DNA of 64,000 nucleotides from an uncultured Pelagibacteraceae bacterium (GCA_902518235.1 CABYFN010000001.1:34668-98667); one strand, 5' to 3'. Counted from the stretch's first letter, positions 13,519 to 25,186 are shown. Notes: generated by a model from the sequence alone, not told the origin. A program made the numbers and translations.

Positions 13519-14466
13519 TTAATTATGAGAAAGGTGCTTTTCTGCCTCAAGCGCTGCCATACATCCCATTCCAGCAGCCGTTACAGCTTGTCTAAAAATT
13601 TTATCTTTTACATCTCCTGCCGCATAAACACCCGGAATATTAGTCTCTGTAGAATCATTTTTTGTAATTAAATAACCTGCTCCATCCATTTCTAGCTGAT
13701 CTTTAAACAGCGAAGTTGCAGGATCGTGACCAATTGCAATAAAAAGTCCATCAATTTTTAACTCAGACATCTCATTTGTTTTAGTATTTTTAATTTTTAA
13801 ACCTTTAACATTTCTTGGTTCATCATCACCAATTACTTCTGAAACTTCAGAGTCCCAAATAATCTCAATTTTTTTGTTTTCCATTAATTTTTTTTGCAGA
13901 AGTTTTTCTGCTCTTAATTCATCTCTTCTATGAATTAGTTGAACTTTAGAAGCAAATTTTGTGAGAAACATAGCCTCTTCAACTGCAGCATTTCCTCCAC
14001 CAACTACTGCTACTGTTTTATCTTTGAAGAAAAAACCATCACATGTTGCGCACGCAGAGACACCAAATCCTTTAAATTTTTCTTCAGACTCAATGTTTAA
14101 CCATCTAGCTTGCGCACCAGTAGAAATTATAATTGAGTCGGCAGTGTATTTTTGTCCACCATCACCGATCGCTTCAAATGGTTTAGATTTTAGGTTTACA
14201 GATTGAATATGATCTTCAACCATGTCAGTTCCTACGGCCTTGGCTTGCTCTCTCATCTGTTCCATTAGCCATGGCCCTTGAATTACATCAGCAAAGCCTG
14301 GGTAATTTTCAACATCAGTTGTAATAGTTAATTGGCCTCCTGGCTGCATACCGGCAACTAGTCTTGGTTTAAGCATAGCTCTAGCTGCATAAACCGCCGC
14401 CGTATAACCAGCTGGACCGGATCCAATTATTAACACTTTTGTATGTAAAGTTGGTTTTTCACTCAT
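13519..14466 (-). CDS. trxB: Thioredoxin-disulfide reductase
   Basis: GSGPAGYTAA, CATCDG, GGGNAAVEEA, GVYAAGDV, RQAVTAAG. Confidence 0.97.
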   Translation of the reverse strand: MSEKPTLHTKVLIIGSGPAGYTAAVYAARAMLKPRLVAGMQPGGQLTITTDVENYPGFADVIQGPWLMEQMREQAKAVGTDMVEDHIQSVNLKSKPFEAIGDGGQKYTADSIIISTGAQARWLNIESEEKFKGFGVSACATCDGFFFKDKTVAVVGGGNAAVEEAMFLTKFASKVQLIHRRDELRAEKLLQKKLMENKKIEIIWDSEVSEVIGDDEPRNVKGLKIKNTKTNEMSELKIDGLFIAIGHDPATSLFKDQLEMDGAGYLITKNDSTETNIPGVYAAGDVKDKIFRQAVTAAGMGCMAALEAEKHLSHN

Positions 14467-14486
14467 ACAAGTCTATATAGTAAACA

Positions 14487-15431
14487 ATGAGAAAATTAAA
14501 AGGGATATTATTGTCCGAGGGTATGCATGGCATGATTAGCCAAGTTGAAGGCTTGGCAAAGGCTCTAGATATAGATTTTTCTCACCACAAAGTTGAACTA
14601 AATAATTTATGGAGCTTAATTCCACCAAAATTTACACCAATTTCACAAAGTGTTTATAAAAGAATAAATCAATCTGATTTTGATCTAATTATATCTTGTG
14701 GAAGGAAAAGTATAATTCCATCCATCCACTTAAAAAGTATCTCAAATAAAAAAGTTTTTAATATTCACATCCAAGATCCAAAAATAAATTTTAATCATTT
14801 TGATTTTATCGTAGCACCTGAGCATGATGGTATTAACGGCTCAAATGTTATTACTACCAAAGGTGCAATTCATTATCTTAAAGAAAGTGAAATAGAAGAG
14901 AATAAAAACTATTTAAATTCATTTTTGAAAAAAGATGGTAGAAAAATTTGGTGTTTAATATTGGGGGGACCAACAAAATATTATGATTATTCAACAAAAA
15001 ACTTGAAACATATATTTTCAATTTTTTATAAACTTTTGAAAAAACATGCATTTCAACTTGTTGTAATTCCATCAACGAGGACACCATTAAGTACTATTCA
15101 TTATGCCAAAGAATTTTTTGGTGAAAATCATACGGTAATAATGAAAGTTGATAAAAAAGCCTATTTATCTGCTTTAGCAATTTCTGAAAATATTATAGTT
15201 ACTTGCGACTCTAGTTCAATGGTATCTGAGGCTGCTTTAACTGGAAAACCTATTTATATTGCAAATATTCTACCTAAAAAAAATGATATAAGATTTCAAA
15301 GATTTAGAAATTTATTTAGAGAATTAAATATCACTAGAAACCTTGGAGAAGATATAGAAATTTGGGACTACCCAAAACTTGATGAAACTAATAGAGTTGC
15401 GAATATTATAAAACAAAGAATAAGTAACTAA
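14487..15431 (+). CDS. Mitochondrial fission ELM1-family (DUF1022) protein
   Basis: GM.SQVEGLA, IISCGR, IHIQDP, FDFIVAPEHD, LGGPT, STRTP, VTCDSSSMVSEAALTGKP. Confidence 0.85.
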   Translation: MRKLKGILLSEGMHGMISQVEGLAKALDIDFSHHKVELNNLWSLIPPKFTPISQSVYKRINQSDFDLIISCGRKSIIPSIHLKSISNKKVFNIHIQDPKINFNHFDFIVAPEHDGINGSNVITTKGAIHYLKESEIEENKNYLNSFLKKDGRKIWCLILGGPTKYYDYSTKNLKHIFSIFYKLLKKHAFQLVVIPSTRTPLSTIHYAKEFFGENHTVIMKVDKKAYLSALAISENIIVTCDSSSMVSEAALTGKPIYIANILPKKNDIRFQRFRNLFRELNITRNLGEDIEIWDYPKLDETNRVANIIKQRISN

Positions 15432-16096
15432 TGTCATATTTAAATTCCATCCTCAATGACTCAAAAAAATTTGATAGTCCATTTATACATTGGGAATTAA
15501 ATAAACCACTTACTGAAGACCAAATTAATGAGATAATAAGTGCCGATATATCTGATCCTTCAAAACATAATCTTAATTATGATGGTACTAGAGCAATAGA
15601 TGGTGGTGAGGGGAAATTTAGAGAAGGAATTTCAGATGGTGGAAAAGCTGTAAAATTTAGATGTTTCGTTACAAAGGAAAATTCTAATGAATTTCCTGGA
15701 CTCACAAATCTAATAAAAGAACTGCAAAGTAAGAAAACTCATCAAAAAATATCTCAATTAATAAATAAAGACTTGTCAAATTCCTATGTAAGGGTTGAGG
15801 TAATTTGTGATAGAGAAGGTTTTTGGTTAAAACCTCATTGTGACATTAAAGAAAAACTTTTGTCATGCTTACTGTTTGTTAACAAGCATAATGAAAGTGA
15901 AGATTTAGGTACAGATTTTTATAATAGCGATTTAAAGCTGATAAAAACATTGCCTTATAAAGATAATTATGGTTATTTTTTTTCAAGTGGACCCAATACT
16001 TGGCATGGTATGGAGAGGAAAGAAATAGTTAAAGAGAGAAGATGTCTACAAGTAAATTATGTAACTTTTAAAACAGATTGGAAAGTAGAAGGTTAA
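15431..16096 (+). CDS. 2OG-Fe(II) oxygenase superfamily protein
   Basis: HxD (LKPHCD), distal His (TWHG), Arg in ERRCLQVNYV. Start overlaps the ELM1 stop codon. Confidence 0.8.
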   Translation: MSYLNSILNDSKKFDSPFIHWELNKPLTEDQINEIISADISDPSKHNLNYDGTRAIDGGEGKFREGISDGGKAVKFRCFVTKENSNEFPGLTNLIKELQSKKTHQKISQLINKDLSNSYVRVEVICDREGFWLKPHCDIKEKLLSCLLFVNKHNESEDLGTDFYNSDLKLIKTLPYKDNYGYFFSSGPNTWHGMERKEIVKERRCLQVNYVTFKTDWKVEG

Positions 16097-16818
16097 TCCT
16101 CCCAGTCAAACCTTGGAAAAGTATCAAATACCTTAAAAATTCCCTCTGACCAAGTATTGCAAACCTTTGAGTAATCTTCATCACTTAAGCTGAGGCATTT
16201 TAATGAGGCTAATTTATTTTCACCTTTTTTATAAATTGCAAAATCAATAGGTGGACCAACTGTTAGATCACTTTTTAATGTTGAGTCCATTGATATCAGT
16301 GCACACCTTGATGCATCACCAATTGATACATTCGGCTTAATCACTCTATCTAGTATTGGTTTACCATATTTCACTTCACCAATAACAAGGTAAGGCTTGC
16401 TATCAGCAGGTCTTATATAATTTCCTTGAGGATAGATAAGATAAAGTTCGGGTTTTTGTCCCTTAATTTGTCCACCAACAATAAAGGTTGAACCTAAAGT
16501 AACATTATCAGTATTAATTCCTTGAGGAGATGAGTGTTCAATATTCAATGAGCCTACATAGGAGGCTATCTGCTCAAAATCTTTGCATGTATTTAAATTC
16601 ATTATCCCTGACTTACTTTCTAAATCTTTTTCAATTGATTTATAAACAGCTTGAGATGTTCCTAAATTCCCAGAGGTAACTATGACAATTGTTCTATCCC
16701 CAACATCATGTGTAAGCATTTTAGAATAAATATTTACATTATCTAAACCTGCGTTGGTTCTAGAGTCTGACGCAAATACCAATCCATCGTTTGTCTTAAT
16801 TCCTATACAATATGTCAT
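16093..16818 (-). CDS. Proteasome-type protease Anbu (Ntn-hydrolase, T1 family)
   Basis: N-terminus MTYCIG...FASDSRTNAGLDN..YSKM gives Thr1, Asp17 and Lys32 after Met removal. Also SGNL, YPQGN, GEVKYGKPILDRV, SMDSTLKSDLTVGPP. Confidence 0.92.
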   Translation of the reverse strand: MTYCIGIKTNDGLVFASDSRTNAGLDNVNIYSKMLTHDVGDRTIVIVTSGNLGTSQAVYKSIEKDLESKSGIMNLNTCKDFEQIASYVGSLNIEHSSPQGINTDNVTLGSTFIVGGQIKGQKPELYLIYPQGNYIRPADSKPYLVIGEVKYGKPILDRVIKPNVSIGDASRCALISMDSTLKSDLTVGPPIDFAIYKKGENKLASLKCLSLSDEDYSKVCNTWSEGIFKVFDTFPRFDWED

Positions 16819-16923
16819 AACTAATTCTTATGTAAAAAAGGCATACTTTACAAATATTTTATAGCATAGCTGTTATTTGAATTTAGCAATTGTTTTGTTA
16901 AACGTTTTAACAACTATTGTCAT

Positions 16924-18369
16924 ATGGTTTCTCAATTTTGGAAAAACTATGATGCTAAATCTGCTTATGATGGATATTTAACTGAAGAAAATAAGCTAAG
17001 AAAACACGCCAGAATCATGGCTGGCATATTAGAGAAACACGGCAAGAAAAAACTTCAAGAAATTGAAAGGAATTGTCAAAGCACTATTAGTGCAAGAGGT
17101 ATAAATTTCAGGGTTTATGCAGCAAATAACAGGGCAGAGGAAAAAAAATGGCCCTTAGATATTATACCTAGAATTATACCAAAAACTCAATGGAATAAAA
17201 TTTCAAAAGGTTTGATACAAAGAGTTAAAGCTTTAAATCTTTTTATTGATGACGTTTACAATAAAAAAAAAATTTTTAAGGACAAAATAATACCAAAAGA
17301 TTTGATTTTTGAATCTCCTTTCTATCTTAAAGAATGTGAGGGTTTTTCACCTAAGTATAAAGCCTGGTCTAATATTTCAGGAATCGATTTAATCAGAAAT
17401 ATAAATGGAGAATACTTAGTTTTAGAAGATAACCTTAGGGTTCCATCAGGAGTGTCTTACATGCTAGAGAATAGAATGGTCATGAGAGATGTTTTTCCAG
17501 AATTATTTACAAGATATAAAGTTGCATCAGTTCATCAATATTCTAATAAACTTTATCAAAGTATGATCGAGTGTATTCCCAAAAAAACAGATAATCCACA
17601 TATGGTTGTTTTAACACCAGGAATTTTCAACTCGGCTTACTTTGAGCATTCTTTTTTAGCAGAGCAAATGGGTATAGCCTTAGTCGAAGGTAATGATCTT
17701 TTTGTTGAGAATGATTTTGTTTATATGAAAACAGTAAAAGGAAAACTAAAAGTAGATTGTATATATAGACGATTAGACGACACATTTCTTGATCCAAAAG
17801 TTTTCAATAAAAATTCTTTAATCGGTGTACCTGGACTATTTAAATGTTGGAAAAAAGGTAACGTCGGCATCATTAATGCAGTTGGAACTGGTGTTGCAGA
17901 TGATAAAGCTGTTTACTCGTATGTTAATAAAATGATTGTTTATTACTTGGGTGAGCAACCTAAATTAAATCAAGTTGAAACATTTTTATGTGAAGAAAAA
18001 ATTCAAAGAGATCATGTAATTGAAAATATAAATAAATTTGTCGTAAAACCTGCAAATGCATCTGGTGGTTATGGAATTATGATAGGCCCGAAAGCATCAA
18101 AGAAGGAAAGAGAAGAAATGATAAAAAAAATTAAAAAAAATCCAAGAGATTTTGTTGCTCAACCACTTGAAATTTTATCTACAACACCCACTATTTCAGA
18201 TAATGACATTCAACCTAGACATTTAGATTTAAGACCATTTATATTAAGTGGCAAAACAACTTATGTTACAACAGGGGGTCTTACTAGGGTCGCCTTAAGA
18301 AAAGGAAGTACAATTGTAAATAGTTCGCAAGGTGGTGGATCTAAAGACACAATGGTTGTTGATGTTTAG
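16924..18369 (+). CDS. Circularly permuted type 2 ATP-grasp peptide ligase (DUF404)
   Basis: [94 protein letters not shown]. Confidence 0.93.
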   Translation: MVSQFWKNYDAKSAYDGYLTEENKLRKHARIMAGILEKHGKKKLQEIERNCQSTISARGINFRVYAANNRAEEKKWPLDIIPRIIPKTQWNKISKGLIQRVKALNLFIDDVYNKKKIFKDKIIPKDLIFESPFYLKECEGFSPKYKAWSNISGIDLIRNINGEYLVLEDNLRVPSGVSYMLENRMVMRDVFPELFTRYKVASVHQYSNKLYQSMIECIPKKTDNPHMVVLTPGIFNSAYFEHSFLAEQMGIALVEGNDLFVENDFVYMKTVKGKLKVDCIYRRLDDTFLDPKVFNKNSLIGVPGLFKCWKKGNVGIINAVGTGVADDKAVYSYVNKMIVYYLGEQPKLNQVETFLCEEKIQRDHVIENINKFVVKPANASGGYGIMIGPKASKKEREEMIKKIKKNPRDFVAQPLEILSTTPTISDNDIQPRHLDLRPFILSGKTTYVTTGGLTRVALRKGSTIVNSSQGGGSKDTMVVDV

Positions 18370-21300
18370 TTTTCTTGGAGAGATTTTACTTTAAGTTTTT
18401 TTGTTTTTAGTGAATTTATTGCTTCTAAAAATGAATAAGCAGTTGACATATTTGTGCAGTAAGGAATTTTATTAGCTAAAGTGCCTCTTCTTAAGGCCAA
18501 AGCATCGTTAATTCTATTCTCACTATTTCCACCACCTGTATTAATAACTAAAGATATTTTTTTTGAATTCAGGACATCCACTATATGAGGTTTGCCACTA
18601 CTTACTTTGTTGATTTTTCTACACTTCATGCCATTTTTTATAAGTATATCTGCTGTACCTTTTGTTGCTGATAGAGTGAAACCTAACTTTAGTAATCTTT
18701 GAGCCACTCCAACAATTTCTTGTTTATGTGAGTCTTTGACTGATAAAAATGCCAAACCTTTTATTGGTAAAGAATTTGCTGCAGCAATTTGACTTTTAGC
18801 AATTGCCATTCCAAAATCGTCATCAAATCCCATAACTTCACCAGTTGATTTCATTTCTGGTCCAAGGAGTAAATCACTATCGGGAAATTTATTAAAAGGG
18901 AATACAGCTTCTTTGACTGCAAATTTTTTATTGGTTTTATATTTTAATTTATATTTAGAAAGTTTTTCACCTGCCATAATTCTAGATGCAATTTTAGCTA
19001 GCGGTACTCCATTTGCTTTAGATACAAATGGCACCGTTCTACTTGCTCTTGGATTTACTTCTATTACAAAAATTTCATCTTTTTTAATTGCAAACTGAAT
19101 ATTTAAAAGACCTTTAACTTTTAGAGCTAAAGCTAGTTTTCTTGTTTGAATTTTAATTTCTTTTAAAAGTTTATCTTTGATGGAAACTGGGGGCAAACAA
19201 CATGCCGAGTCTCCTGAATGAACACCTGCTTCCTCTATGTGTTGCATTATACCCGCAACATAAACATCTTTTCCATCAGATATAGCATCAACATCAACTT
19301 CCATTGCATGATCTATAAATTTATCAATCAGAATCGGATTTTGTTCAGAAGCTTTAAAAGCTTCATTAATAAATTTTTTAAGTTGGCTCTTGTCATGCAC
19401 AATTTCCATTGCACGTCCACCTAAAACATATGAAGGTCTTACAACAACAGGTAGCCCAATATTTTCACTTATTTTAATTGCTTGATCAAATTTGTGAGCA
19501 ATACCGCTTTCAGCCTGTTTTAAATTTAATTTAATTAACAAATCTCTAAATTGATCTCTATCTTCTGCAAGATCAATTGATGAATATTGAGTACCAAGTA
19601 TTGGTAACTTGTTTTCGTGTAAAAATTTTGCCAATTTAATTGGGGTTTGACCTCCAAATTGAGCGATAACCCCTATAAGGTTTCCCTTTGATTTTTCTTT
19701 TAGAATTATATTTTGAACGTATTCTTCAACCAATGGCTCAAAATATAGCCTATCACTAGTATCATAATCAGTTGATACAGTTTCTGGATTGCAATTAACC
19801 ATTATTGTTTCAAAGCCAGCCTCCTTTAAGGAAAAGCTAGCTTGGCAACAACAATAATCAAACTCAATACCTTGACCAATTCTGTTTGGTCCTCCTCCAA
19901 GTATTATTATTTTCTTTTTATTGCTTGGGTCAGCTTCACACTCGGTATTTATTGAAAAATTTCTTTGATATGTAGAGTACATATAAGGTGTAAAAGACTT
20001 AAATTCTGCAGCACAAGTATCCACTTTTTTAAATACTGGCAAAACTTTTAAGGCAACTCTTTTCGACCTAACTATTTTCTCTTTAATTCCTGTAATTTTT
20101 GACAATTTTTTATCTGAAAAGCCTATTGATTTTATTCTGTTAAATTCATTATAGGTTTTAGGAATACCATTCTTTTTAATACTTTTCTCTTCATCTACAA
20201 TATCCTTAATTTGGTTTAAGAACCAAGGATCAACATTTGATAACTTATATATTGTATTTAATGATATATTCTTTTTAAAAGCTTCAGATATTAATATTAG
20301 TCTATTAGGAATATTAACTTTTAAATTTTTTAATATATCTTTTTTTGAATAGTTAAAAATATTATCTAATCCAGAAAGTCCTGTTTCTAAAGATACCAAA
20401 GCTTTTTGGAAAGACTCTTTAAAGTTTCTTCCGATTGCCATTGCCTCACCAACAGATCTCATTGATGTCCCAAGCACTGCTTTTGTGTCAGAAAATTTCT
20501 CAAACGTAAATCTTGGTATTTTTGTAACCACATAATCAATTGTTGGCTCAAATGATGCTGGAGTTACTTTTGTTATTTCATTTTGTAATTCATCTAATGT
20601 ATAACCAACTGCAAGTTTAGCTGCCACTTTTGCAATTGGAAAACCTGTTGCTTTTGATGCAAGAGCTGAGGATCTTGATACTCTTGGGTTCATTTCAATA
20701 ATAACCATTCTTCCATTTTTAGGATTTATAGCGAATTGTACATTTGAACCTCCAGTTTCAACTCCAATTTTTCTCAAGCAGGCAATAGATGCATTTCTCA
20801 TAACTTGATATTCTTTATCAGTTAGCGTTAATGCAGGTGCAACAGTAATTGAATCTCCAGTATGTATCCCCATTGGATCTACATTTTCAATTGAACAAAT
20901 AATTATGCAGTTATCTTTTTTATCCCGCACAACTTCCATCTCAAATTCTTTCCAACCTTCCAAAGATTCTTCAATTAAAACTTGATTTTGAGGAGACTCA
21001 TTCATCCCAGTTTTAACAAGTTTAAAGAAATCTTTTTTGTTTTTAGCTATTCCTCCTCCTAATCCACCCAAAGTAAAAGATGGTCTAATAATCGCTGGCA
21101 ATCCTATTTCTTTTAAGCATTTAGATGCATCTTTAAAATGGTTTAAAATTCTTGATTTTGGTAAGTCTAGACCAATTTCAGACATATTTTTTCTAAATTT
21201 TTTACGATCTTCAGCATTTTCTATTGCTTTGGACTTTGCTCCTATCAATTCAATTTTGTATTTTTTAAGCAGCCCAACTTTTTCCGCGCTTATTGCTAAA

Positions 21301-21590
21301 TTCAATGCTGTCTGCCCTCCCATGGTTGGTAAAATTGCATTAGGTTTTTCTTTTTTAATGATTTCCTCTAAAAAAGGGATTGTGATGGGTTCAATATAAG
21401 TTTTGTCCGCGACTCCAGGATCTGTCATAATGGTTGCGGGATTTGAATTTATTAAAACTACTTTAAAACCCTCATCTTTAAGAGCCTTACAAGCCTGCGT
21501 GCCTGAATAATCAAATTCACATGCTTGCCCTATTATTATTGGGCCGGCTCCGATAACTAATATTTTTTTAATGTCTTTTCTTTTTGGCAT
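18366..21590 (-). CDS. carB: Carbamoyl-phosphate synthase large subunit
   Basis: [24 protein letters not shown], two ATP-grasp halves ([19 protein letters not shown]), MGS domain. Confidence 0.98.
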   Translation of the reverse strand: MPKRKDIKKILVIGAGPIIIGQACEFDYSGTQACKALKDEGFKVVLINSNPATIMTDPGVADKTYIEPITIPFLEEIIKKEKPNAILPTMGGQTALNLAISAEKVGLLKKYKIELIGAKSKAIENAEDRKKFRKNMSEIGLDLPKSRILNHFKDASKCLKEIGLPAIIRPSFTLGGLGGGIAKNKKDFFKLVKTGMNESPQNQVLIEESLEGWKEFEMEVVRDKKDNCIIICSIENVDPMGIHTGDSITVAPALTLTDKEYQVMRNASIACLRKIGVETGGSNVQFAINPKNGRMVIIEMNPRVSRSSALASKATGFPIAKVAAKLAVGYTLDELQNEITKVTPASFEPTIDYVVTKIPRFTFEKFSDTKAVLGTSMRSVGEAMAIGRNFKESFQKALVSLETGLSGLDNIFNYSKKDILKNLKVNIPNRLILISEAFKKNISLNTIYKLSNVDPWFLNQIKDIVDEEKSIKKNGIPKTYNEFNRIKSIGFSDKKLSKITGIKEKIVRSKRVALKVLPVFKKVDTCAAEFKSFTPYMYSTYQRNFSINTECEADPSNKKKIIILGGGPNRIGQGIEFDYCCCQASFSLKEAGFETIMVNCNPETVSTDYDTSDRLYFEPLVEEYVQNIILKEKSKGNLIGVIAQFGGQTPIKLAKFLHENKLPILGTQYSSIDLAEDRDQFRDLLIKLNLKQAESGIAHKFDQAIKISENIGLPVVVRPSYVLGGRAMEIVHDKSQLKKFINEAFKASEQNPILIDKFIDHAMEVDVDAISDGKDVYVAGIMQHIEEAGVHSGDSACCLPPVSIKDKLLKEIKIQTRKLALALKVKGLLNIQFAIKKDEIFVIEVNPRASRTVPFVSKANGVPLAKIASRIMAGEKLSKYKLKYKTNKKFAVKEAVFPFNKFPDSDLLLGPEMKSTGEVMGFDDDFGMAIAKSQIAAANSLPIKGLAFLSVKDSHKQEIVGVAQRLLKLGFTLSATKGTADILIKNGMKCRKINKVSSGKPHIVDVLNSKKISLVINTGGGNSENRINDALALRRGTLANKIPYCTNMSTAYSFLEAINSLKTKKLKVKSLQEN

Positions 21591-22761
21591 ATTTTTTTAC
21601 ATCTTCAATAAAATTGTTGAATAAATATTGGCTATCTTGAGGTCCAGGATTTGCTTCTGGATGATATTGAACAGAAAAAATATTTTTATTCTTTAACCTT
21701 ATCCCTTCAATTGTATCATCAAAAAGTGATTTATGAGTTATTTGAATATTTTTTGGTAGATTGTTTTTTATTACAACAAAACCATGATTTTGACTTGTAA
21801 TCTCTACTTTTTTACTAATTAAATTTTTGACTGGATGATTTGCACCTCTATGACCTAATTTCATTTTTTTTGTTTTAGCTTTTAATGCAAGTGCCAAAAT
21901 TTGATGGCCAAGACAAATTCCAAAAATAGGATAGTTCATTTTAATTAGTTTCTGTATTGTTTTAACTGCGTACTTTCCCGTAGCAGCTGGATCCCCTGGA
22001 CCATTAGATAAAAATATTCCATCAGGATTTAATTTTATAATTTCATCGGCATTTATACCGCAAGAAACTACCTTAACTTCACAATCAAAATCAGAAAAAT
22101 ACCTTAAAATATTTTTTTTTATTCCATAGTCTATTGCAACTATTCTAAACAATTTTTTATTATTTTTTTTGTATCCATCTTTTTTTGTCCAAGTTTTAAA
22201 ACCTTTCCAGGTATAAGTTTTTTTGGTTGATACTTCTTTTGCAAGATCTAGTCCATTTAAACCAGACCATTTTATTGACATATTAATTAGTTTTTTTACG
22301 TTGAATTTACCTTGTTTGTTATTTGAAATTGTGCCTTTTGGCGCTCCTTTATCTCTAATAAGATTTGTTAGACTTCTAGTATCCAGTCCAGTCAGCCCAA
22401 CAATTTTATTTTTTTTAAGCCATTCATCTAAAGTTTTTAAAGATCTATAATTTGAAGGAGAAGTTATCTCAGAATTGAATATAGCGCCTTTTGTCCAAAC
22501 TTTATCAGACTCTAAGTCTTCATTATTTGTACCAACATTTCCTATATGTGGAAATGTAAAGTTTATGATTTGCCCAGCATAGGATGGGTCTGATATAATT
22601 TCCTGATATCCTGTTAAAGATGTGTTAAAACAAACCTCTCCAGTTGAAGTTCCCTGGTATCCAAGGCCAATCCCTTTAAAAACTAGCTTATTATCTAGAA
22701 CTAAAATACCTGTTGGAAATTGATGTTTAATTGCAATTTTATTGTTTTGTTTTTTGTTCAA
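21568..22761 (-). CDS. carA: Carbamoyl-phosphate synthase small subunit
   Basis: [43 protein letters not shown]. Confidence 0.98.
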   Translation of the reverse strand: MNKKQNNKIAIKHQFPTGILVLDNKLVFKGIGLGYQGTSTGEVCFNTSLTGYQEIISDPSYAGQIINFTFPHIGNVGTNNEDLESDKVWTKGAIFNSEITSPSNYRSLKTLDEWLKKNKIVGLTGLDTRSLTNLIRDKGAPKGTISNNKQGKFNVKKLINMSIKWSGLNGLDLAKEVSTKKTYTWKGFKTWTKKDGYKKNNKKLFRIVAIDYGIKKNILRYFSDFDCEVKVVSCGINADEIIKLNPDGIFLSNGPGDPAATGKYAVKTIQKLIKMNYPIFGICLGHQILALALKAKTKKMKLGHRGANHPVKNLISKKVEITSQNHGFVVIKNNLPKNIQITHKSLFDDTIEGIRLKNKNIFSVQYHPEANPGPQDSQYLFNNFIEDVKKYAKKKRH

Positions 22762-22884
22762 TTACAACTCATGAGTTAAAGGTCTATACAATAAAACCTT
22801 TTTTTGCGCAACACATCTAATGTATATTTTGTAAAAAAAATATTTTTCTTTTTGAAGAATATTTTTAATACGCTAAAATTAAAT

Positions 22885-23349
22885 ATGTCACTTCGAGAAA
22901 GTATTGAGTCAGACTATAAAACAGCTTTAAAAGCTAAAGATAAAAATACAATATCAACTTACAGGTTAATATTATCTGGGATTAAGGATTTGGATATTAA
23001 CAATAGATCTGGATCAGAAAAAAAAGAAACTGATGATGAGGATATTAAGAAGCTATTAAAAAAAATGATTAAACAACGCAACGAATCAATTGAAATGTAC
23101 AAAAAAAATAATCGCAAAGATCTCCAGGATATAGAAGAACAAGAAATGGGAGTAATTAGCCAATATTTACCCGAACAGATCAGCGAAGAGGATACTAAGA
23201 AAATTTGTGAAGAAGTAATTAAATCAACAGGAGCAAACTCAATAAAGGATATGGGAAAAGTTATGGGTGAATTAAAGAAAAATAATGCTGATAGTATTGA
23301 TTTTTCTATAGCAGGAGCAATCATTAAAGAATTGTTAAATCAAAAATGA
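22885..23349 (+). CDS. GatB/YqeY domain protein
   Basis: MSLRESI..ALKAKDK, KQRNESIEMY, YLPEQ, DMGKVMG. Start moved to the ATG at 22885. Confidence 0.9.
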   Translation: MSLRESIESDYKTALKAKDKNTISTYRLILSGIKDLDINNRSGSEKKETDDEDIKKLLKKMIKQRNESIEMYKKNNRKDLQDIEEQEMGVISQYLPEQISEEDTKKICEEVIKSTGANSIKDMGKVMGELKKNNADSIDFSIAGAIIKELLNQK

Positions 23350-25121
23350 AATACCCTAAAGAGTACTTACAAGAAATAAAAACTAGATTAAAAATTTCAA
23401 CTGTAGTTTCAAAAACTGTTAGTTTAAAAAAGAGAGGAAAGGAATATGTTGGCCTTTCACCATTTAAGACTGAAAAAACACCTTCTTTTACAGTAAATGA
23501 TGAAAAGGAATTTTATCATTGTTTTAGTACTGCAGAGCATGGAAATATTTTCGATTTTGTAATGAAAACGCAAAATCTTAAATTTGGTGAGTCAGTCAAA
23601 TATTTATCAAATTTAGCAGGAATGAGGCCTTATACATTTTCCAAAGAGGATGAGATAAGAGAGGAAAAATGGAACAAGTATAAAGCGATATATGCAAAAT
23701 ATGTAGAGTTTTATCATAAAGATCTTTTTAAAAATCCATTAGCAAAAGAAGCAAAGGATTATCTTAAAAATAGAAGCTTAACTATTGAAGAAGTAAAGAA
23801 ATTCAAGATCGGGTATGTTTCAAACAACGAACAATTTAAAGAGGAAATTTTTAAAGAATTTTCTGAAAGTGAAATCAAAGATACAGGATTATTTTTTTTA
23901 GATGAAAACAAAAAAAAATATGTAGATAGATTTAGAGATAGAGTAATTTTCCCAATAAATAATATTTCAGGTGACCCGATTGCTCTTGGAGGAAGAATCT
24001 TAAAAGATAATAAATATTTTGCTAAGTATATTAACTCACCAGAGACCCCATTTTTTAAAAAAGGGTCCAATCTTTATAATTTAGATTTTACCAGAAAACT
24101 TTCAAACAATGTTGAGAACATATTTCTCGTTGAAGGTTATATGGATGTAGTTGGTCTTAGTAAAAATAAAGTGGAAAATGCAGTTGCAAATTTGGGTACT
24201 TCTTTAACCACAAGGCAAATATTAACACTCAATCAATTTTTTCAACATATTACTGTTTGTTTTGATGGTGATGATAGCGGATATAAAGCAGCTTTAAGGG
24301 CAGCTGAAAATTCTGTTATTGAATTAAAGCCTGAAAAAGAAATTTCGTTTTTATTTTTACCAAATAAACATGATCCAGATAGCTTTGTAAATGAAAAAGG
24401 TAAGGATTTTTTTGAAAATTTTTCTAAAAGTAATTCTGTTCCTATCCATAAATTTATATTTAATCATTATTCGCAAGAAACTAATAACAACCCATCATCA
24501 AGAGCTATTTTTGAAAAAAAACTTAGAACAATAGCATCTACAATTAAAGATGAATTCATTAAAAAATATGTACTTGAATACTTTTTAGAAAAAGTTTCTG
24601 AATTAACACCAAACACAAACTATAAATATAAAAAAAATTTTATTAAACCTACAAAATCACTCAAATCAACTCAGAATTATTATAATGAAACAAAGTCTTT
24701 AACGGCTATTGATATTAAAGAATTTTCTTTTCTATATATTTTACTTAAAAAACCTGAGCTTATAAAAGATAATTTTAATTTAATTGAAAATGTAAAACTA
24801 TTTAGTAGTGAAAATAAATTATTACTTGAAGAAATTATTGATCAAACAAACAATTTTGAAAATATTGATATTGAAAGTTTAAAAATCGACCATGGTTTGA
24901 TAGATAGGATTTTTAAATATGCATCTATTAAGCATATATTGGTTAAAAATTTTAATGATGACCAAAAAATTCTTGAAATTTTGTCTGAACTAATAAGAGA
25001 CCTAAAAAATTATGAGCTTGAGTTAAGAATAACTGATTTAGAATCAAGATTTTCAAAAGATTTGAGTGAGACAACATTTAATGAGTTAAAAGAGCTCAAA
25101 AAACTACAAAAAATCAATTAA
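23346..25121 (+). CDS. dnaG: DNA primase
   Basis: EKTPSF, DRFRDRVIFPI, GGR, KYINSPET, TOPRIM VEGYMDV and FDGDDSG, DPD. Confidence 0.97.
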   Translation: MKYPKEYLQEIKTRLKISTVVSKTVSLKKRGKEYVGLSPFKTEKTPSFTVNDEKEFYHCFSTAEHGNIFDFVMKTQNLKFGESVKYLSNLAGMRPYTFSKEDEIREEKWNKYKAIYAKYVEFYHKDLFKNPLAKEAKDYLKNRSLTIEEVKKFKIGYVSNNEQFKEEIFKEFSESEIKDTGLFFLDENKKKYVDRFRDRVIFPINNISGDPIALGGRILKDNKYFAKYINSPETPFFKKGSNLYNLDFTRKLSNNVENIFLVEGYMDVVGLSKNKVENAVANLGTSLTTRQILTLNQFFQHITVCFDGDDSGYKAALRAAENSVIELKPEKEISFLFLPNKHDPDSFVNEKGKDFFENFSKSNSVPIHKFIFNHYSQETNNNPSSRAIFEKKLRTIASTIKDEFIKKYVLEYFLEKVSELTPNTNYKYKKNFIKPTKSLKSTQNYYNETKSLTAIDIKEFSFLYILLKKPELIKDNFNLIENVKLFSSENKLLLEEIIDQTNNFENIDIESLKIDHGLIDRIFKYASIKHILVKNFNDDQKILEILSELIRDLKNYELELRITDLESRFSKDLSETTFNELKELKKLQKIN

Positions 25122-25186
25122 ATTAAAATCAGAATCCAATAGATTTTTTCGATTTTACCATTATATACACCCTGAACTTTTTTATT

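Noticed and set aside
16895-16913. CtrA box in the Anbu / ATP-grasp promoter
   Set aside because: The TTAA half sites are 5 nt apart, not the 7 nt of TTAA-N7-TTAA.
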